A DNA stretch of 64,000 nucleotides from Minutocellus sp. GHC0000111 (Eukaryota), in the NCBI GenBank assembly GCA_977018835.1, contig OZ361257.1, positions 3,224,001 to 3,288,000 on the forward strand. The letters are read 5' to 3'. Position numbers and translations under genes: made by a program. Every line of letters begins with the position of its first letter. Position 1 is the stretch's first letter. Of the stretch, positions 35,549 to 49,163 are shown in pieces. The notes beneath the pieces were generated by a model, which searched no databases, was not told the origin of the DNA, and was given only the letters and a program-made list of their open reading frames with translations.

Positions 35549-38500
35549 AGAACTGGGAATATACTTGTGGGAACGTCACGACGCATCCATGTAGGAATTT
35601 CTATGTATGAACTCACTTTTTGTATGATTTCTCCATCTATGCAAATGTTATCGGCATTCCTTTCAAGTGCTTTGAACTACTTAATCAATAGACTTTGGAT
35701 CATTAGAGTTTTGAGGTAAGCGGCTGCCTTTACATTTTTCACCAGCGTCCGAGCTTCCCTGCTACGGTGGATCGACTCCAGAGGATGGTCCTGATAACAA
35801 TGTTCGTGCCATTCTGCTGGACACTCGGGGGCCTGAAATTCGCACTGGTAAGCTTGCCAATGACCACTCCGGCCACGAGACTGTCACTTTTGAGGCTGGT
35901 GCCACCGTCACACTTCATACCGATGAAGTTTGGGCTGACAAGGGATCATCCAATACCGATCTTTACATCAATTATGCCAATCTGCACAAATCGGTCGTTC
36001 CCGGTATGAAGGTGTTGCTCGACGATGGCGCCATCATCCTTACCGTGACGGCAGTTGAATCTGACAAGGACTATCACGGCACAGTCACCTGCAGCGTCGA
36101 TAATACCGGTGAGCTGCGTTCCCGTGCTGGCGTCAATCTGCCCGGGGCCGAGACGGACCTTCCTGCTATGTCTGATAAGGATAAGGTTGATATCAAGTAC
36201 GGAATGACCAAGGATGTGGACTTTGTTGCCGCCTCCTTTATTCAGAATGCCGACGGCGTGCGAGAGATTCGCAAGTACATGCAGGACTGTGCTCGGGAAC
36301 TTGGATGGCATGTATCGCAGCCTCTTCCTCTTATCATTTCCAAGATTGAGAGTACAACCGGAGTCAAGAACTTTGACGAAATTCTGGAAGAGAGTGATGG
36401 CATCATGGTTGCGAGGCGACCTTGGTGTGGAAATTCCCATCCAAACCGTAACCAATGCCCAAAAGGAGATGGTGGCCGCATGCAATGCTGCTGGAAAGCC
36501 AGGTACGTTATGACATATTCAGAGAAAAGTATGGTGATATCTGATTTTTAGCTTTGCGTTATTTCCTTTGAGCAGGTTGGCATACTAGTACATACATTTT
36601 CTTACATCAGCTTTTCCATCGTATCCATTGCAACAAAACCAAAAGTTATCGTGGCGACGCAGATGCTCGAGTCGATGGCGAAGAATCCTCGCCCAACACG
36701 TGCGGAGGTTGCTGATGTGACCAATGCGGTTTACGATGGAGCTGATGCAGTGATGCTGAGTGGAGAAACAGCCAAGGGGCGGTATCCCGTTGATACTGTC
36801 AAGATGATGTTAAATGTTATCAAGTCGGCAGAAAAGTTTGAGAATCGCAGAGACGATTTGGTTATTCCTCACATTGGAAAGTGGAAGACGCATGATAACC
36901 TTGCCGAAGTGACTCTGGCCAAGAGTGCCGTAACGGCTGCTCAGGAGCGAAATGCCAAGGCAATTCTCGTTTTGACTTCTAGGGGTACTCTTCCCCGCTT
37001 CGTTTCGGCGTACCGATTCAGTCCCCATCATTTCGTTCTGCCCCAATGGCAAGGTAGCCAAGCAGCTTTTGCTGAACCGTGGTGTTCACCCTGTTATTGG
37101 CCTCAATGGTGTTTCAATGCCCAAACGCCCAATCCGTGCCATCCGCCACGCCGTTGAGATGGGATTTGTCAAGGAGGGTGATGATGTTGTTGTTGCAACG
37201 ATGGAAGCTGATGAGGACATGGGCACTATCGCGACACTCAAGGTTGCTACCGTTCCGGCGGGAGTTGTGGAGTCGTAAAGAACTGGGAATATACTTGTGG
37301 GAACGTCACGACGCATCCATGTAGGAATTTCTATGTATGAACTCACTTTTTGTATGATTTCTCCATCTATGCAAATGTTATCGGCATTCCTTTCAAGTGC
37401 TTTGAACTACTTAATCAATAGACTTTGGATCATTAGAGTTTTGAGGTAAGCGGCTGCCTTTACATTTTTCACCAGCGTCCGAGCTTCCCTGCTACGGTGG
37501 ATCGACTCCAGAGGATGGTCCTGATAACAATGTTCGTGCCATTCTGCTGGACACTCGGGGGCCTGAAATTCGCACTGGTAAGCTTGCCAATGACCACTCC
37601 GGCCACGAGACTGTCACTTTTGAGGCTGGTGCCACCGTCACACTTCATACCGATGAAGTTTGGGCTGACAAGGGATCATCCAATACCGATCTTTACATCA
37701 ATTATGCCAATCTGCACAAATCGGTCGTTCCCGGTATGAAGGTGTTGCTCGACGATGGCGCCATCATCCTTACCGTGACGGCAGTTGAATCTGACAAGGA
37801 CTATCACGGCACAGTCACCTGCAGCGTCGATAATACCGGTGAGCTGCGTTCCCGTGCTGGCGTCAATCTGCCCGGGGCCGAGACGGACCTTCCTGCTATG
37901 TCTGATAAGGATAAGGTTGATATCAAGTACGGAATGACCAAGGATGTGGACTTTGTTGCCGCCTCCTTTATTCAGAATGCCGACGGCGTGCGAGAGATTC
38001 GCAAGTACATGCAGGACTGTGCTCGGGAACTTGGATGGCATGTATCGCAGCCTCTTCCTCTTATCATTTCCAAGATTGAGAGTACAACCGGAGTCAAGAA
38101 CTTTGACGAAATTCTGGAAGAGAGTGATGGCATCATGGTTGCGAGGCGATCTTGGTGTGGAAATTCCCATCCAAACCGTAACCAATGCCCAAAAGGAGAT
38201 GGTGGCCGCATGCAATGCTGCTGGAAAGCCAGGTACGTTATGACATATTCAGAGAAAAGTATGGTGATATCTGATTTTTAGCTTTGCGTTATTTCCTTTG
38301 AGCAGGTTGGCATACTAGTACATACATTTTCTTACATCAGCTTTTCCATCGTATCCATTGCAACAAAACCAAAAGTTATCGTGGCGACGCAGATGCTCGA
38401 GTCGATGGCGAAGAATCCTCGCCCAACACGTGCGGAGGTTGCTGATGTGACCAATGCGGTTTACGATGGAGCTGATGCAGTGATGCTGAGTGGAGAAACA

Positions 38501-40929
38501 GCCAAGGGGCGGTATCCCGTTGATACTGTCAAGATGATGTCAAATATTATCAAGTCGGCAGAAAAGTTTGAGAATCGCAGAGACGATTTGGTTATTCCTC
38601 ACATTGGAAAGTGGAAGACGCATGATAACCTTGCCGAAGTGACTCTGGCCAAGAGTGCCGTAACGGCTGCTCAGGAGCGAAATGCCAAGGCAATTCTCGT
38701 TTTGACTTCTAGGGGTACTCTTCCCCGCTTCGTTTCGGCGTACCGATTCAGTCCCCATCATTTCGTTCTGCCCCAATGGCAAGGTAGCCAAGCAGCTTAT
38801 GCTGAACCGTGGTGTTCACCCTGTTATTGGCCTCAATGGTGTTTCAATGCCCAAACGCCCAATCCGTGCCATCCGCCACGCCGTTGAGATGGGATTTGTC
38901 AAGGAGGGTGATGATGTTGTTGTTGCAACGATGGAAGCTGATGAGGACATGGGCACTATCGCGACACTCAAGGTTGCTACCGTTCCGGCGGGAGTTGTGG
39001 AGTCGTAAAGAACTGGGAATATACTTGTGGGAACGTCACGACGCATCCATGTAGGAATTTCTATGTATGAACTCACTTTTTGTATGATTTCTCCATCTAT
39101 GCAAATGTTATCGGCATTCCTTTCAAGTGCTTTGAACTACTTAATCAATAGACTTTGGATCATTAGAGTTTTGAGGTAAGCGGCTGCCTTTACATTTTTC
39201 ACCAGCGTCCGAGCTTCCCTGCTACGGTGGATCGACTCCAGAGGATGGTCCTGATAACAATGTTCGTGCCATTCTGCTGGACACTCGGGGGCCTGAAATT
39301 CGCACTGGTAAGCTTGCCAATGACCACTCCGGCCACGAGACTGTCACTTTTGAGGCTGGTGCCACCGTCACACTTCATACCGATGAAGTTTGGGCTGACA
39401 AGGGATCATCCAATACCGATCTTTACATCAATTATGCCAATCTGCACAAATCGGTCGTTCCCGGTATGAAGGTGTTGCTCGACGATGGCGCCATCATCCT
39501 TACCGTGACGGCAGTTGAATCTGACAAGGACTATCACGGCACAGTCACCTGCAGCGTCGATAATACCGGTGAGCTGCGTTCCCGTGCTGGCGTCAATCTG
39601 CCCGGGGCCGAGACGGACCTTCCTGCTATGTCTGATAAGGATAAGGTTGATATCAAGTACGGAATGACCAAGGATGTGGACTTTGTTGCCGCCTCCTTTA
39701 TTCAGAATGCCGACGGCGTGCGAGAGATTCGCAAGTACATGCAGGACTGTGCTCGGGAACTTGGATGGCATGTATCGCAGCCTCTTCCTCTTATCATTTC
39801 CAAGATTGAGAGTACAACCGGAGTCAAGAACTTTGACGAAATTCTGGAAGAGAGTGATGGCATCATGGTTGCGAGGCGATCTTGGTGTGGAAATTCCCAT
39901 CCAAACCGTAACCAATGCCCAAAAGGAGATGGTGGCCGCATGCAATGCTGCTGGAAAGCCAGGTACGTTATGACATATTCAGAGAAAAGTATGGTGATAT
40001 CTGATTTTTAGCTTTGCGTTATTTCCTTTGAGCAGGTTGGCATACTAGTACATACATTTTCTTACATCAGCTTTTCCATCGTATCCATTGCAACAAAACC
40101 AAAAGTTATCGTGGCGACGCAGATGCTCGAGTCGATGGCGAAGAATCCTCGCCCAACACGTGCGGAGGTTGCTGATGTGACCAATGCGGTTTACGATGGA
40201 GCTGATGCAGTGATGCTGAGTGGAGAAACAGCCAAGGGGCGGTATCCCGTTGATACTGTCAAGATGATGTTAAATGTTATCAAGTCGGCAGAAAAGTTTG
40301 AGAATCGCAGAGACGATTTGGTTATTCCTCACATTGGAAAGTGGAAGACGCATGATAACCTTGCCGAAGTGACTCTGGCCAAGAGTGCCGTAACGGCTGC
40401 TCAGGAGCGAAATGCCAAGGCAATTCTCGTTTTGACTTCTAGGGGTACTCTTCCCCGCTTCGTTTCGGCGTACCGATTCAGTCCCCATCATTTCGTTCTG
40501 CCCCAATGGCAAGGTAGCCAAGCAGCTTATGCTGAACCGTGGTGTTCACCCTGTTATTGGCCTCAATGGTGTTTCAATGCCCAAACGCCCAATCCGTGCC
40601 ATCCGCCACGCCGTTGAGATGGGATTTGTCAAGGAGGGTGATGATGTTGTTGTTGCAACGATGGAAGCTGATGAGGACATGGGCACTATCGCGACACTCA
40701 AGGTTGCTACCGTTCCGGCGGGAGTTGTGGAGTCGTAAAGAACTGGGAATATACTTGTGGGAACGTCACGACGCATCCATGTAGGAATTTCTATGTATGA
40801 ACTCACTTTTTGTATGATTTCTCCATCTATGCAAATGTTATCGGCATTCCTTTCAAGTGCTTTGAACTACTTAATCAATAGACTTTGGATCATTAGAGTT
40901 TTGAGGTAAGCGGCTGCCTTTACATTTTT
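34010..40929 (+). repeat. Tandem array of 4 x 1730 bp (5'-truncated pyruvate kinase plus 3' flank)
   Basis: Units start at 34010, 35740, 37470 and 39200; junction TACATTTTT|CACCAGCGTCC; near-identical copies. Confidence 0.97.
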
Positions 40930-40943
40930 TTTTAATTTTAAGC

Positions 40944-41168
40944 TTACATCGGCGATGGGAAGGCAGTCTCTCCCTTCAGCATAGCTCTGCCGACCTCCCG
41001 AGGCCAAGTGATTAGTTTTTCCATGAAGTCAGTAGCTTGTTTGATGAACGGAAACACATCCTCGAAGGGCAATAGGAGGATCCACCACCAAGCGATGAAC
41101 CATGACAGTGGATAGGCAATAAATATGAGCAGAAGAGCCCAGACGATGGAATATGCAATTTTCTCCAT
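40944..41168 (-). CDS. Small membrane protein (74 aa)
   Basis: Hydrophobic helices with a YPLSWF..WWILLLPFE motif. Confidence 0.65.
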   Translation of the reverse strand: MEKIAYSIVWALLLIFIAYPLSWFIAWWWILLLPFEDVFPFIKQATDFMEKLITWPREVGRAMLKGETAFPSPM

Positions 41169-42001
41169 TTTCAATTATTCTTTTATGCCGAAGCAGTGTG
41201 CAGAGGTACCGATCGTTTATACAGAGGAAGAGAGCACGTTCACACAAAGGGTTAGAAGTCAAGAGGATGAATGAAGTGTGAATTCACGCGACATCAAGGA
41301 ATCCGCTCTCTGAATAATAACTCGCGGGGTGGTGCTATCGCTACTCTAGTAGCTAGACTAGCTACGTAGTATTCTACGTAGCTAGCCTAGTATTGCCTCC
41401 ATCGGTCACGTCAGCACTCGTGTTGCGGCGTCACCGACAACGAAGCCGCTTCCTTCGATCTGCCCTTTGTCGACCCGAGGCACCACCATAACAAAACACC
41501 GCAGCCGGTTCTGCGTGCGTACTTAATCACTGGGAAATTTACACAATGGTGCGGAGTAATCTACCTTTCGAGGAGAGGAGAGCAAGATGCCGATCGATTC
41601 TTGCAGAAGAGACTGAAAAGAATGAGCAGACGAGCAGAAATCATGCATCTGGTACCAACCATGAGGAGAATGGTAATGCCGACAGGAGTGTGGAAGTTAG
41701 TTGGTGTGGGGTGGTGGAGGTTGGATGATGATGGCGATTGATGATTGATGGCGAAGATCTGCCGGTAGCAGTGCCATCTTGCACTCAAGCACATTCAAAT
41801 ATGGGCATCTATGTTTTATGAACAATGCTTAGGAATTCCTACAGCTGTAGCTAGACTTCTATTAGGTTTAATTCGAACCATCTGGCTGTCTAGCTGGGAA
41901 ATGCCGGGGGGACCGGGCGAAAACACCGTCTACTCCAACGAAAAGAGAGAGAGATTTACATGTTCCTGCGCACCTGCTTCTGCTGCACTCATCATTATGG
42001 T

Positions 42002-42990
42002 TTAGAATACATTCGCCTTGATCTTGTAGCAAATCTTGGAACCATCCTCAGGAAGATTGATGACCAAGCCAGCTTCGAAGGTTCCTGCCTTTCCATTTGG
42101 AGAGCAAGTGACGGTCAATTCAGTGGTCTCACCGCCCCGTCGATCCATTCTTCCCACGGCCGGTGCAACAGAAAAGGATGGATGAGATTCCGCAGTGAAT
42201 CCAGCAAAATAGTCCTCGAAAGTCATACACGTCGGGGCGACGTCAAGAACAAGGTCGGACCCAGACGAACTGGCGGCCACCTGCATCTCCACCTCTGTGG
42301 GAGGAGGGAACTGATCCAACTCGAACGTCATATCATCAGGAATTTCTTCCGCCTGCTCAATGCCGCCAGTCACGACGGCATCGGCGCCGAGGTTCTCCAT
42401 TCCGGGAAGCTGAGGCCCATCGCGTCCCTGACCCATCGAGGCTTGAGATCCGCCCATACCAGATGTGAAGGCAATCTCCGCTTCAGGATCGTACCCCTCG
42501 GGGTAGAAATCGCCGGTATCCTGTGGGGGAAGGCATGGTCAAGAAGCGATGAGTGATCACATCATTGAAAGGCGACATTATTTGTACATTTTGGGAAATA
42601 TGGCCAACAATTGTTCATCAATACGAGTAGTTATGTCTTCCGAACCACATGAACCTACGGCGAGTGTGGATCCAACTCCTTCCGGTGCAAAAGTGAATTC
42701 TGCAACTTACCGTACTTCCCATCTTCTCACTGCATTGATCGCACGGAGGAAAAAAGAAAAAAACGCCGAAGAAAAGTTAGCATCAGCATTCAATTGCTGT
42801 GGATTAGGCGCATGTCCGATCCATACCGATCATTCGCATCCATCACCCACCTGTCGGGCTTCCATGTATTTCCCCCGAGCTCCACATTCCCTTCGCGGCC
42901 GATGGCAAGGCTAGTACCCGCTCGGCGCGTCAGGGAGGGAGAAAATGCCGCGGCAGATCCGACAAGGAGAGTAGAGACAGCGAGCTTCAT
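42002..42990 (-). CDS. Plastid-targeted protein (exons 42990-42851, 42729-42711, 42520-42002)
   Basis: MKLAVSTLLVGSAAA-FSP presequence; a 19-nt microexon keeps the frame (KPDSEKMGSTDTGDFYPEGYD). Confidence 0.85.
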
Positions 42991-43631
42991 GGCTTGGGGG
43001 AGGGGGAGGGGGGATACGAGTACGGTAAATAGAATGAGACGAACAGTGATGTCAGTGGACGTACGTGTAGTCGAGTGAGTCGAGTAAATCGAGTCGAGTT
43101 AGTCCACACGAAAGCATTTCCATCATGATGTTTTTTCTCGGCCAAGGCGACAAATCTAAATATTGAAGTAGATCTACCGGTTCCGGTACATGTAAACGCA
43201 TGATTCCGTCCAAGGCTGGTCGTTAAGTAAGGCAATTAGTTATCTATTGCGATCTACAGCATGCACCGCTTTTCTTTCTTTCTGAACGTGCTCCCCACTG
43301 TTGTTGTGTACATGTAGATCTATTGTCTGGACTGGACTGCATTTTTCTCCTCTTCTAGACTCTAGAACACCCGGGACCGCGGTTATCCGCATTGCTCTGA
43401 GTGCTACCAGCTCTTGGACCTTCCATTTCTAAGGTACATGAAAATCTAATGTTGCAATATGTACGTGGTACGTGTGTGTGCATTGCGCGCGAAGGATCTA
43501 TTCTCCCAAAACCAGCCCAAAACAGCTATGATGTTGCGCTTCCCTGCAAATGATTGTAAGAAAATAAAAATGAGGGCATGAAAGGCAAGAAGTATTTTCT
43601 CTTCGCCACGAACCATTCTTTTATCGGCCAC

Positions 43632-46040
43632 TCAATTATCATCCTCCATTGCCATTGGCGATGCTAGTGAGGGTAGCCTAGGCCGAAAGTCACCATAAAG
43701 TTGGTCGCTGCATTGTTGTTGGCCTCCAGCAAGGGTAGATTGAAAGTCCTTTGCCCCCCTACCATATGCACTGGCTTTGCGTTGTGGTGCTGTCTCGCCC
43801 GGTGTATGGAAGTGCTGGCCACTGCTTGCATTGTGCTCCGGGCTCGCGTAGACGCCCCCAACGCTGGCGGATCTCCCAAAACTGGAAGTATTAGGCTGCT
43901 TTTGCAGAGGTAGAGGACGCCCCGGCCAACCGACTGGTAGGGACAAAGGCGGCGAACCACCTCCCATTCTACTATTTCGGGACGAGGGTGGCGCATTTTC
44001 TTCGCCCTTGCTTCCATGGACGGCGGCACTAAACTTGACCTTGGTTTTAACGTGTGGTGGTGTGAAGAAAGCCGTACCACCGGTAGTAGTAGCAACATCT
44101 GCTGAGCCACCAAATGGATCTCCACCACGAGCTTCGTCCACAACGCTATTGCTCCTATCAAAGGTAGATACATTAGCAGGTCGAGGTCGCCGAGATGGTA
44201 TTGTCTCTCCTGCGGCTGTTGGAACACTGCATGGATCATCTTCCCTGAGAGAATCAAATCCATCAGCTGAGAGGTGCGGTGGTAGGGAGACTTCGACTCC
44301 ACCATCTTCTCCATCGAGTGCTACAAGTCCAATCATAGCTTCTATCTGCATGCTACTACCGATGCGTTCTAGCCGCTTGTCTCCCTTCTCAGAATACTTC
44401 GTTGATATTTCATCGGAATCAGAGAGAAGAGGCTGTTTCAACGTGACTAAATGTTAGGATGCCGGCTTGTTCTGCGATGGCTTGGATGGCTTTTCTGGCT
44501 TTGCCAATTCGGCCTGGCCGTATATGGGCGGCGGCGGTGGAGCAGGACCCGGCACAGTGCGCCCAACAGCTCTAGTCGGGGCCTTTGGTGCAGCCGGCTT
44601 GAACGTACTGGCAGCTTCCGAGGCCATTTTGGGTCGGAGTCCATGGCCCTGAAAGTGAGTGCTGAGTCTCGGTTCCGAGCTACGAGGTCGACACGGCATG
44701 ACAAAATTTTCCCCGAGATCATGTTCGACGCCCGGGCCACCATCTGAACTTCTTCGATACATGCTGTCAAAGAGCGAGTCGGATGATCTGGTGGAGGGAA
44801 TACCGATGCTTCCTCGAGTTATGGGGTATACACCATCTGCGGGTAGACCATCATCGGACCGTCTCCGAAGATTGATGGCGGGATATTGTTTGAAGACAGG
44901 GGGCAAATCCTGAGGCCGATCTTCTTTAGAGGCCAATGCGTCATCCATTCCTCTCTCGGGAAAGCTTTCGTTGTTATCAACGCCGCCGCAGTCGATGACA
45001 ACGGTGCTTTCGTCATCGTCGTCGTCTTCTTCCTCCTTAGCATTATCTTCCATGCAGACATCCGCACCACCGCCAATGGCATATTCAACTTCAGATTCGT
45101 GTACCAGCACCCCTTCATCTTTCGCTCGAGGCCAAACCTGCATCTGCCCTTCGTTCATAGCGGCAGCATCTTGGTGACGAGCATCATCGATGCTCTCAGT
45201 TGGTAAGGGCATGTTGAGAATGAACCTTTGGCTGAGAGGGCTTGGAAGGTTGATTCCAGTAATTGAAATAGAGCGATGACGAAAGTGCCCCGCAGAATCT
45301 ACCTCACTGCTACGGCATGTGTCAGTGCCAACGCTACTACCATCACCACCACCACCACCACCACCACTACTCGCAGACATTGGGATGGGCGAGCCAAAGT
45401 ATCTTGCTGCTGTCTGAGCAGCTGCCTCGGCAACTGCTGATGGATGCTGTACAAGACGATGCTGCCCATGCTCCTCCATTTCAATCTGCCGAGCCTGATC
45501 TTCTAACCATTGCCGTCGCCGAGTCCGAAGAAGGCTCATGTCAGAACGGCGCTGTTCCATGGATGTGGAAGATGGCTGGAGTTTGAGCGTGGCGGCGGCG
45601 GTGCTGGTACTCGTAGGTCGTGGGACTGCCACTGACGGTTCTGCCAATGATTGCCGAGCGCTTTCATCGGAACCCGAATCGGCCATGTGCCTCTCCCTCG
45701 ACTCGTGATCTAGCTGATTATTCGTGTCAATGCCAGCGGCAGCAGTAGCGGCGCCCATGGCCTCCGAATCCTCTCCAACGGCCTGCAGAGGGACGCCGCA
45801 AGCGCTGTCGACTATTTGAATACTGCCGCTTGACGAGAACGACGGGTTCGACAAGGAGTGAAGGCTGCCAAGAGAGGGTAACATGGCCAGCCGTCCCGGT
45901 TGTTCGCCTGTGCGCCTTCTCAACGCAGCAGCAGCGGCTGCGGAGGCACTGTTAGCAGGGCCAGCAGCATCGGCCTCGCCAGCCCCATCCTCGCAGAGCA
46001 TGGGCATCGGCGACGTGCCATTTTCCAAGCGAATGCTCAT
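43632..46040 (-). CDS. Low-complexity hypothetical protein interrupted by an in-frame TAA (44454-44456)
   Basis: The 542-aa and 269-aa ORFs are in the same frame, separated by one stop codon. Confidence 0.6.
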
Positions 46041-46882
46041 TTTCTCCCTTCTTGGCGCTCCGCCGCTGCGCCGGGGAATCACCTAGCTAGCTAGAGGTGT
46101 CTGAGAGAATTAACGCGACTGGGCGCACCTTCGCTCCGAGGAATGCCAAAGACTGCTTACGAAATTTGAATTTTTTTACTGCCCTCTCAATTATTGCCTT
46201 TATGTGTGTGTCGGGTCCCACCTCGGCGGCAGCGTTCGTGTGAACAGAAGAAGGTACGGAATGATGTGGAAACAAGTGCTGGGCAAGAAAGCGGTCCCTA
46301 TCAACCTTGCGCCAAGCTACGTAGATGAAAGATATCTCTCTTCGCTATCCCTACAAAATAATATAAATAGAAACGCACGGGGCGGGCGTTTCGTGCACGA
46401 TACAAGAGCGGCGAGGGGCGGAAAGCGCCAGAAATGCCGATGCACTTCCGGCACTTCGTGTACACGTAGCGGATGCGAATGCTCTCGAAGTGCTGCTGCG
46501 TGTAGCGTAGTCGTTCGCAGATGTGGAATGAGAGGGTCGCAAGGGTGGCGGGCGGCAACACAGGCGTTCGGAATTCGACCTGGCCCTTCACCTCTCGCCT
46601 GAGCGGCTTTCGTTCAGAAATACCGGCTCGTAAATAAGGCGTGAACGAGAAGAATTGATATTTTTTTGCTTCCCCCCTCGCGTCATCGGAATGCAAACCA
46701 ACAATGTTTAAGAGTGCAAAAGCCTGCGCGGCGCCTCCTGCCCTGCTGGCTCGCTAGATCTACTTGGTGGATCACAGGACATGTGATACAGAACTCTACG
46801 TAGCTAGCTACGTAGTAGCTATGTAGATATATATATACGAGGCTAGTACGTGTAGAGAGGTTGAGAGATCTACCGGTACTTC

Positions 46883-48328
46883 TCACAGCCTCAAGGAAAG
46901 CAAGGTGATGTCATCACGATACCGCGCTGGATCCTTGGGAGTTGCAATGCCAATCAATTTGGAACATTGTACGACTGGGTGGTCTCTATTACCATCCAGT
47001 AGGCCAGTCACGTCTGTTTCCTTCCCAAAATAACTCTTGGACAAATGATTGGCAACAAACTGAGGCTGTCTTGCATCGAACAAACCATCACTCCCCACAA
47101 CGACAAATGCTTCCGTCATTTTTTCGCCGCCGCCGGCATTGTCGCCACGAAGAACATCATCTAAGTCGAACATATCCACTGTTGGTTCGGCTATCACCCC
47201 AACCTTTCCATGGTCCCAGTCGCCGATGGACCTGCTCATTGCCAGTCCCACAAGTTCCTTCCTCACGGAATTGTAAGCAATCACTCTCGCTTGAATAGGA
47301 TGGTCGAGTGGAGCTCGAACCTTACCGCCACTGGCCTCTATCCTTGCCCGTTCGTCGAGTAAGTGTGGCTTATCTTTCCTATTCCGATGAACTACCTTGG
47401 TTTCGCCTGTGTGTCTGTTATATGACGCCAAAAAGGTTGTTGAATCACCAACGTTGGCAAAATAAATCTTTTGGCCGAGACGAAGAATCACCGACGCCGT
47501 GCTACCGCCATTCATGGCATGCGCTTCGGGAATATTTGCATCAGATTCAATGAATGACTCCTTGAGTGATTGTAGTACCGCCGATCCACTTTCTATATCC
47601 TCCGCTGACAATTGAGAAAGCTTGCCAGATAACCTTTCCGCCATATCCTTTTGCAAATAACGCGAAATGTGATGCCCCTCATCTCCATGGCCGTCAAAAA
47701 TTCCAATTAAAAAATCTGTTGTGGAGGAGGAAAGAGACTCGTCGTCTATGGTATTAATAACACCACGCTGATGATGACGCGCATCACTCTTCCAGTAGTA
47801 CGGCGCAATCAATATGCCCCTATCCTGATTGAAGTTATGTTGGGCTGTCGTCCCACGTTGGGTACACGCTGCCATCCTAGTGCTGCCAAATGGCAGTGAT
47901 AGTTTGCCTGCATGAGGGAATACATGCGTCACTTCCTCAATCTGAGATTGGACTGTTTCATCGGCCACGTCGCCGGGATACACGGGACAACCATATGCCT
48001 TGCATTCTGCCTCTCCGACAAATTTATTATTTCGTGATCGAATGCTGGAAGATAAAGTACCGGTACTGGTGGTCCCCACAATTATTTCTGACGAATGCGA
48101 ATGTCCTGAGCTAGGCAAGTGAGGGTCACCAACAGCCAACAGAGAAGACGAAGCTGATGCCTTATTGTGCAGATAAAGGGCTATCAGTACAAAGGCCGGG
48201 ACAACCAATGCGCAAACCAATAACTGGCATCTCTTGTTGCAGAGAGGAACAGGGCGACGCCAGGCGCGGCGTCTGCGCAAGGGCCTGGATCGGGGGGCGT
48301 TTCCACCATGTGAGCCGCCGCTGATCAT
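46883..48328 (-). CDS. PPM/PP2C family protein phosphatase with an N-terminal TM anchor
   Basis: NQDR, GIFDGHG, GGSTA, ANVGDS, LAMSRSIGD, VGSDGLFD, DDIT motifs. Confidence 0.92.
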   Translation of the reverse strand: MISGGSHGGNAPRSRPLRRRRAWRRPVPLCNKRCQLLVCALVVPAFVLIALYLHNKASASSSLLAVGDPHLPSSGHSHSSEIIVGTTSTGTLSSSIRSRNNKFVGEAECKAYGCPVYPGDVADETVQSQIEEVTHVFPHAGKLSLPFGSTRMAACTQRGTTAQHNFNQDRGILIAPYYWKSDARHHQRGVINTIDDESLSSSTTDFLIGIFDGHGDEGHHISRYLQKDMAERLSGKLSQLSAEDIESGSAVLQSLKESFIESDANIPEAHAMNGGSTASVILRLGQKIYFANVGDSTTFLASYNRHTGETKVVHRNRKDKPHLLDERARIEASGGKVRAPLDHPIQARVIAYNSVRKELVGLAMSRSIGDWDHGKVGVIAEPTVDMFDLDDVLRGDNAGGGEKMTEAFVVVGSDGLFDARQPQFVANHLSKSYFGKETDVTGLLDGNRDHPVVQCSKLIGIATPKDPARYRDDITLLSLRL

Positions 48329-48800
48329 GTCATGCTACTTTCATCCCTTGCGGCGGACTGATGAACTGGCCGGGCCTTTGGCATGGCTCATCTGCATAAC
48401 ATTGGTATGGTGGTAGGGCTCCCTGCCTTGTATTGTGCTGAGCGAGCCAATAATAACTCAAGCACCTACGTAGCACGCCAGCGTACGTATAAAAAGCCTG
48501 AGCACGCGTTCAATGCGTGTTTAGTGCTGATGCGGTGATGTTCTAGTGGCTAACGCAAGCTCAGGGAGGGGGCACCCATTTGCGCACATAGAGACAGTTT
48601 GCTAGATTTCCTTTGTTCCGGCACGTAGTCAGATTCGTGTGGATAGTTGCGCTACAGCAGATGGCCCGGGTGCCCCGATGAGTTGAATGCGAGCAGAAGC
48701 ATGTTGTTACATTGAAGTCTAAGCAACGGGTGTGTTTTTAACTCATGTGCAGCAGAAGATCTACACATGTGCAGTGTGGTGGTTTTAGAAGGTAGTTTCA

Positions 48801-49163
48801 ATGCTGTGGCTGGCGGCACTTCGTGCTAGTTTTCTTTGGGAAATGCTACGGCACTTCGTGCTAGCAGAAAGTGATAGCAGAGCTTTTTCGATTCGAGAGC
48901 AGGATGGCAAATGTTCAGCACGATGTGTGCACCAAATGCCACGAGTGCAGTCTCAACATGAGCGTTCGTCTGAGCGATTCCGTCTCTGCTGCGCACGTTG
49001 CAGGAGAAAAGCTACGTCGGAATCAAACTCTCTGAAAGCAAGCAACAAAATGTTGCCTGTCTGGCATGACGACGATGGGACGCCACAACATCACGTGCCT
49101 CCTGAACTGTCTGAGCTCACAGTGGCAGAAGTCCTTCTCACACAGCGAGAGTCTCACCTCTAG
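48801..49163 (+). mobile_element. Helitron Rep/helicase N-terminal fragment (DUF6570-like), decayed
   Basis: NKMLPVWHDDDGTPQHHVPPELSELTVAEVLLTQR resembles the N-x-M-x-P...VPxELxxLTxxExxLI motif; hairpin+CTAG motifs at 48816-48864. Confidence 0.6.

Noticed and set aside
35710..35745. The array junction creates TTTACATTTTTCACCAG, a possible splice acceptor allowing exon 1 to join alternative PK copies
   Set aside because: Exon 1 ends in phase 0 and this acceptor is phase 1, so the join is out of frame. The nearby GTAAG would give only a 30-nt intron.
46540..46620. GTTCG-containing GC-rich stretch resembling a tRNA
   Set aside because: Cannot be folded into a cloverleaf; no matching A/B boxes.
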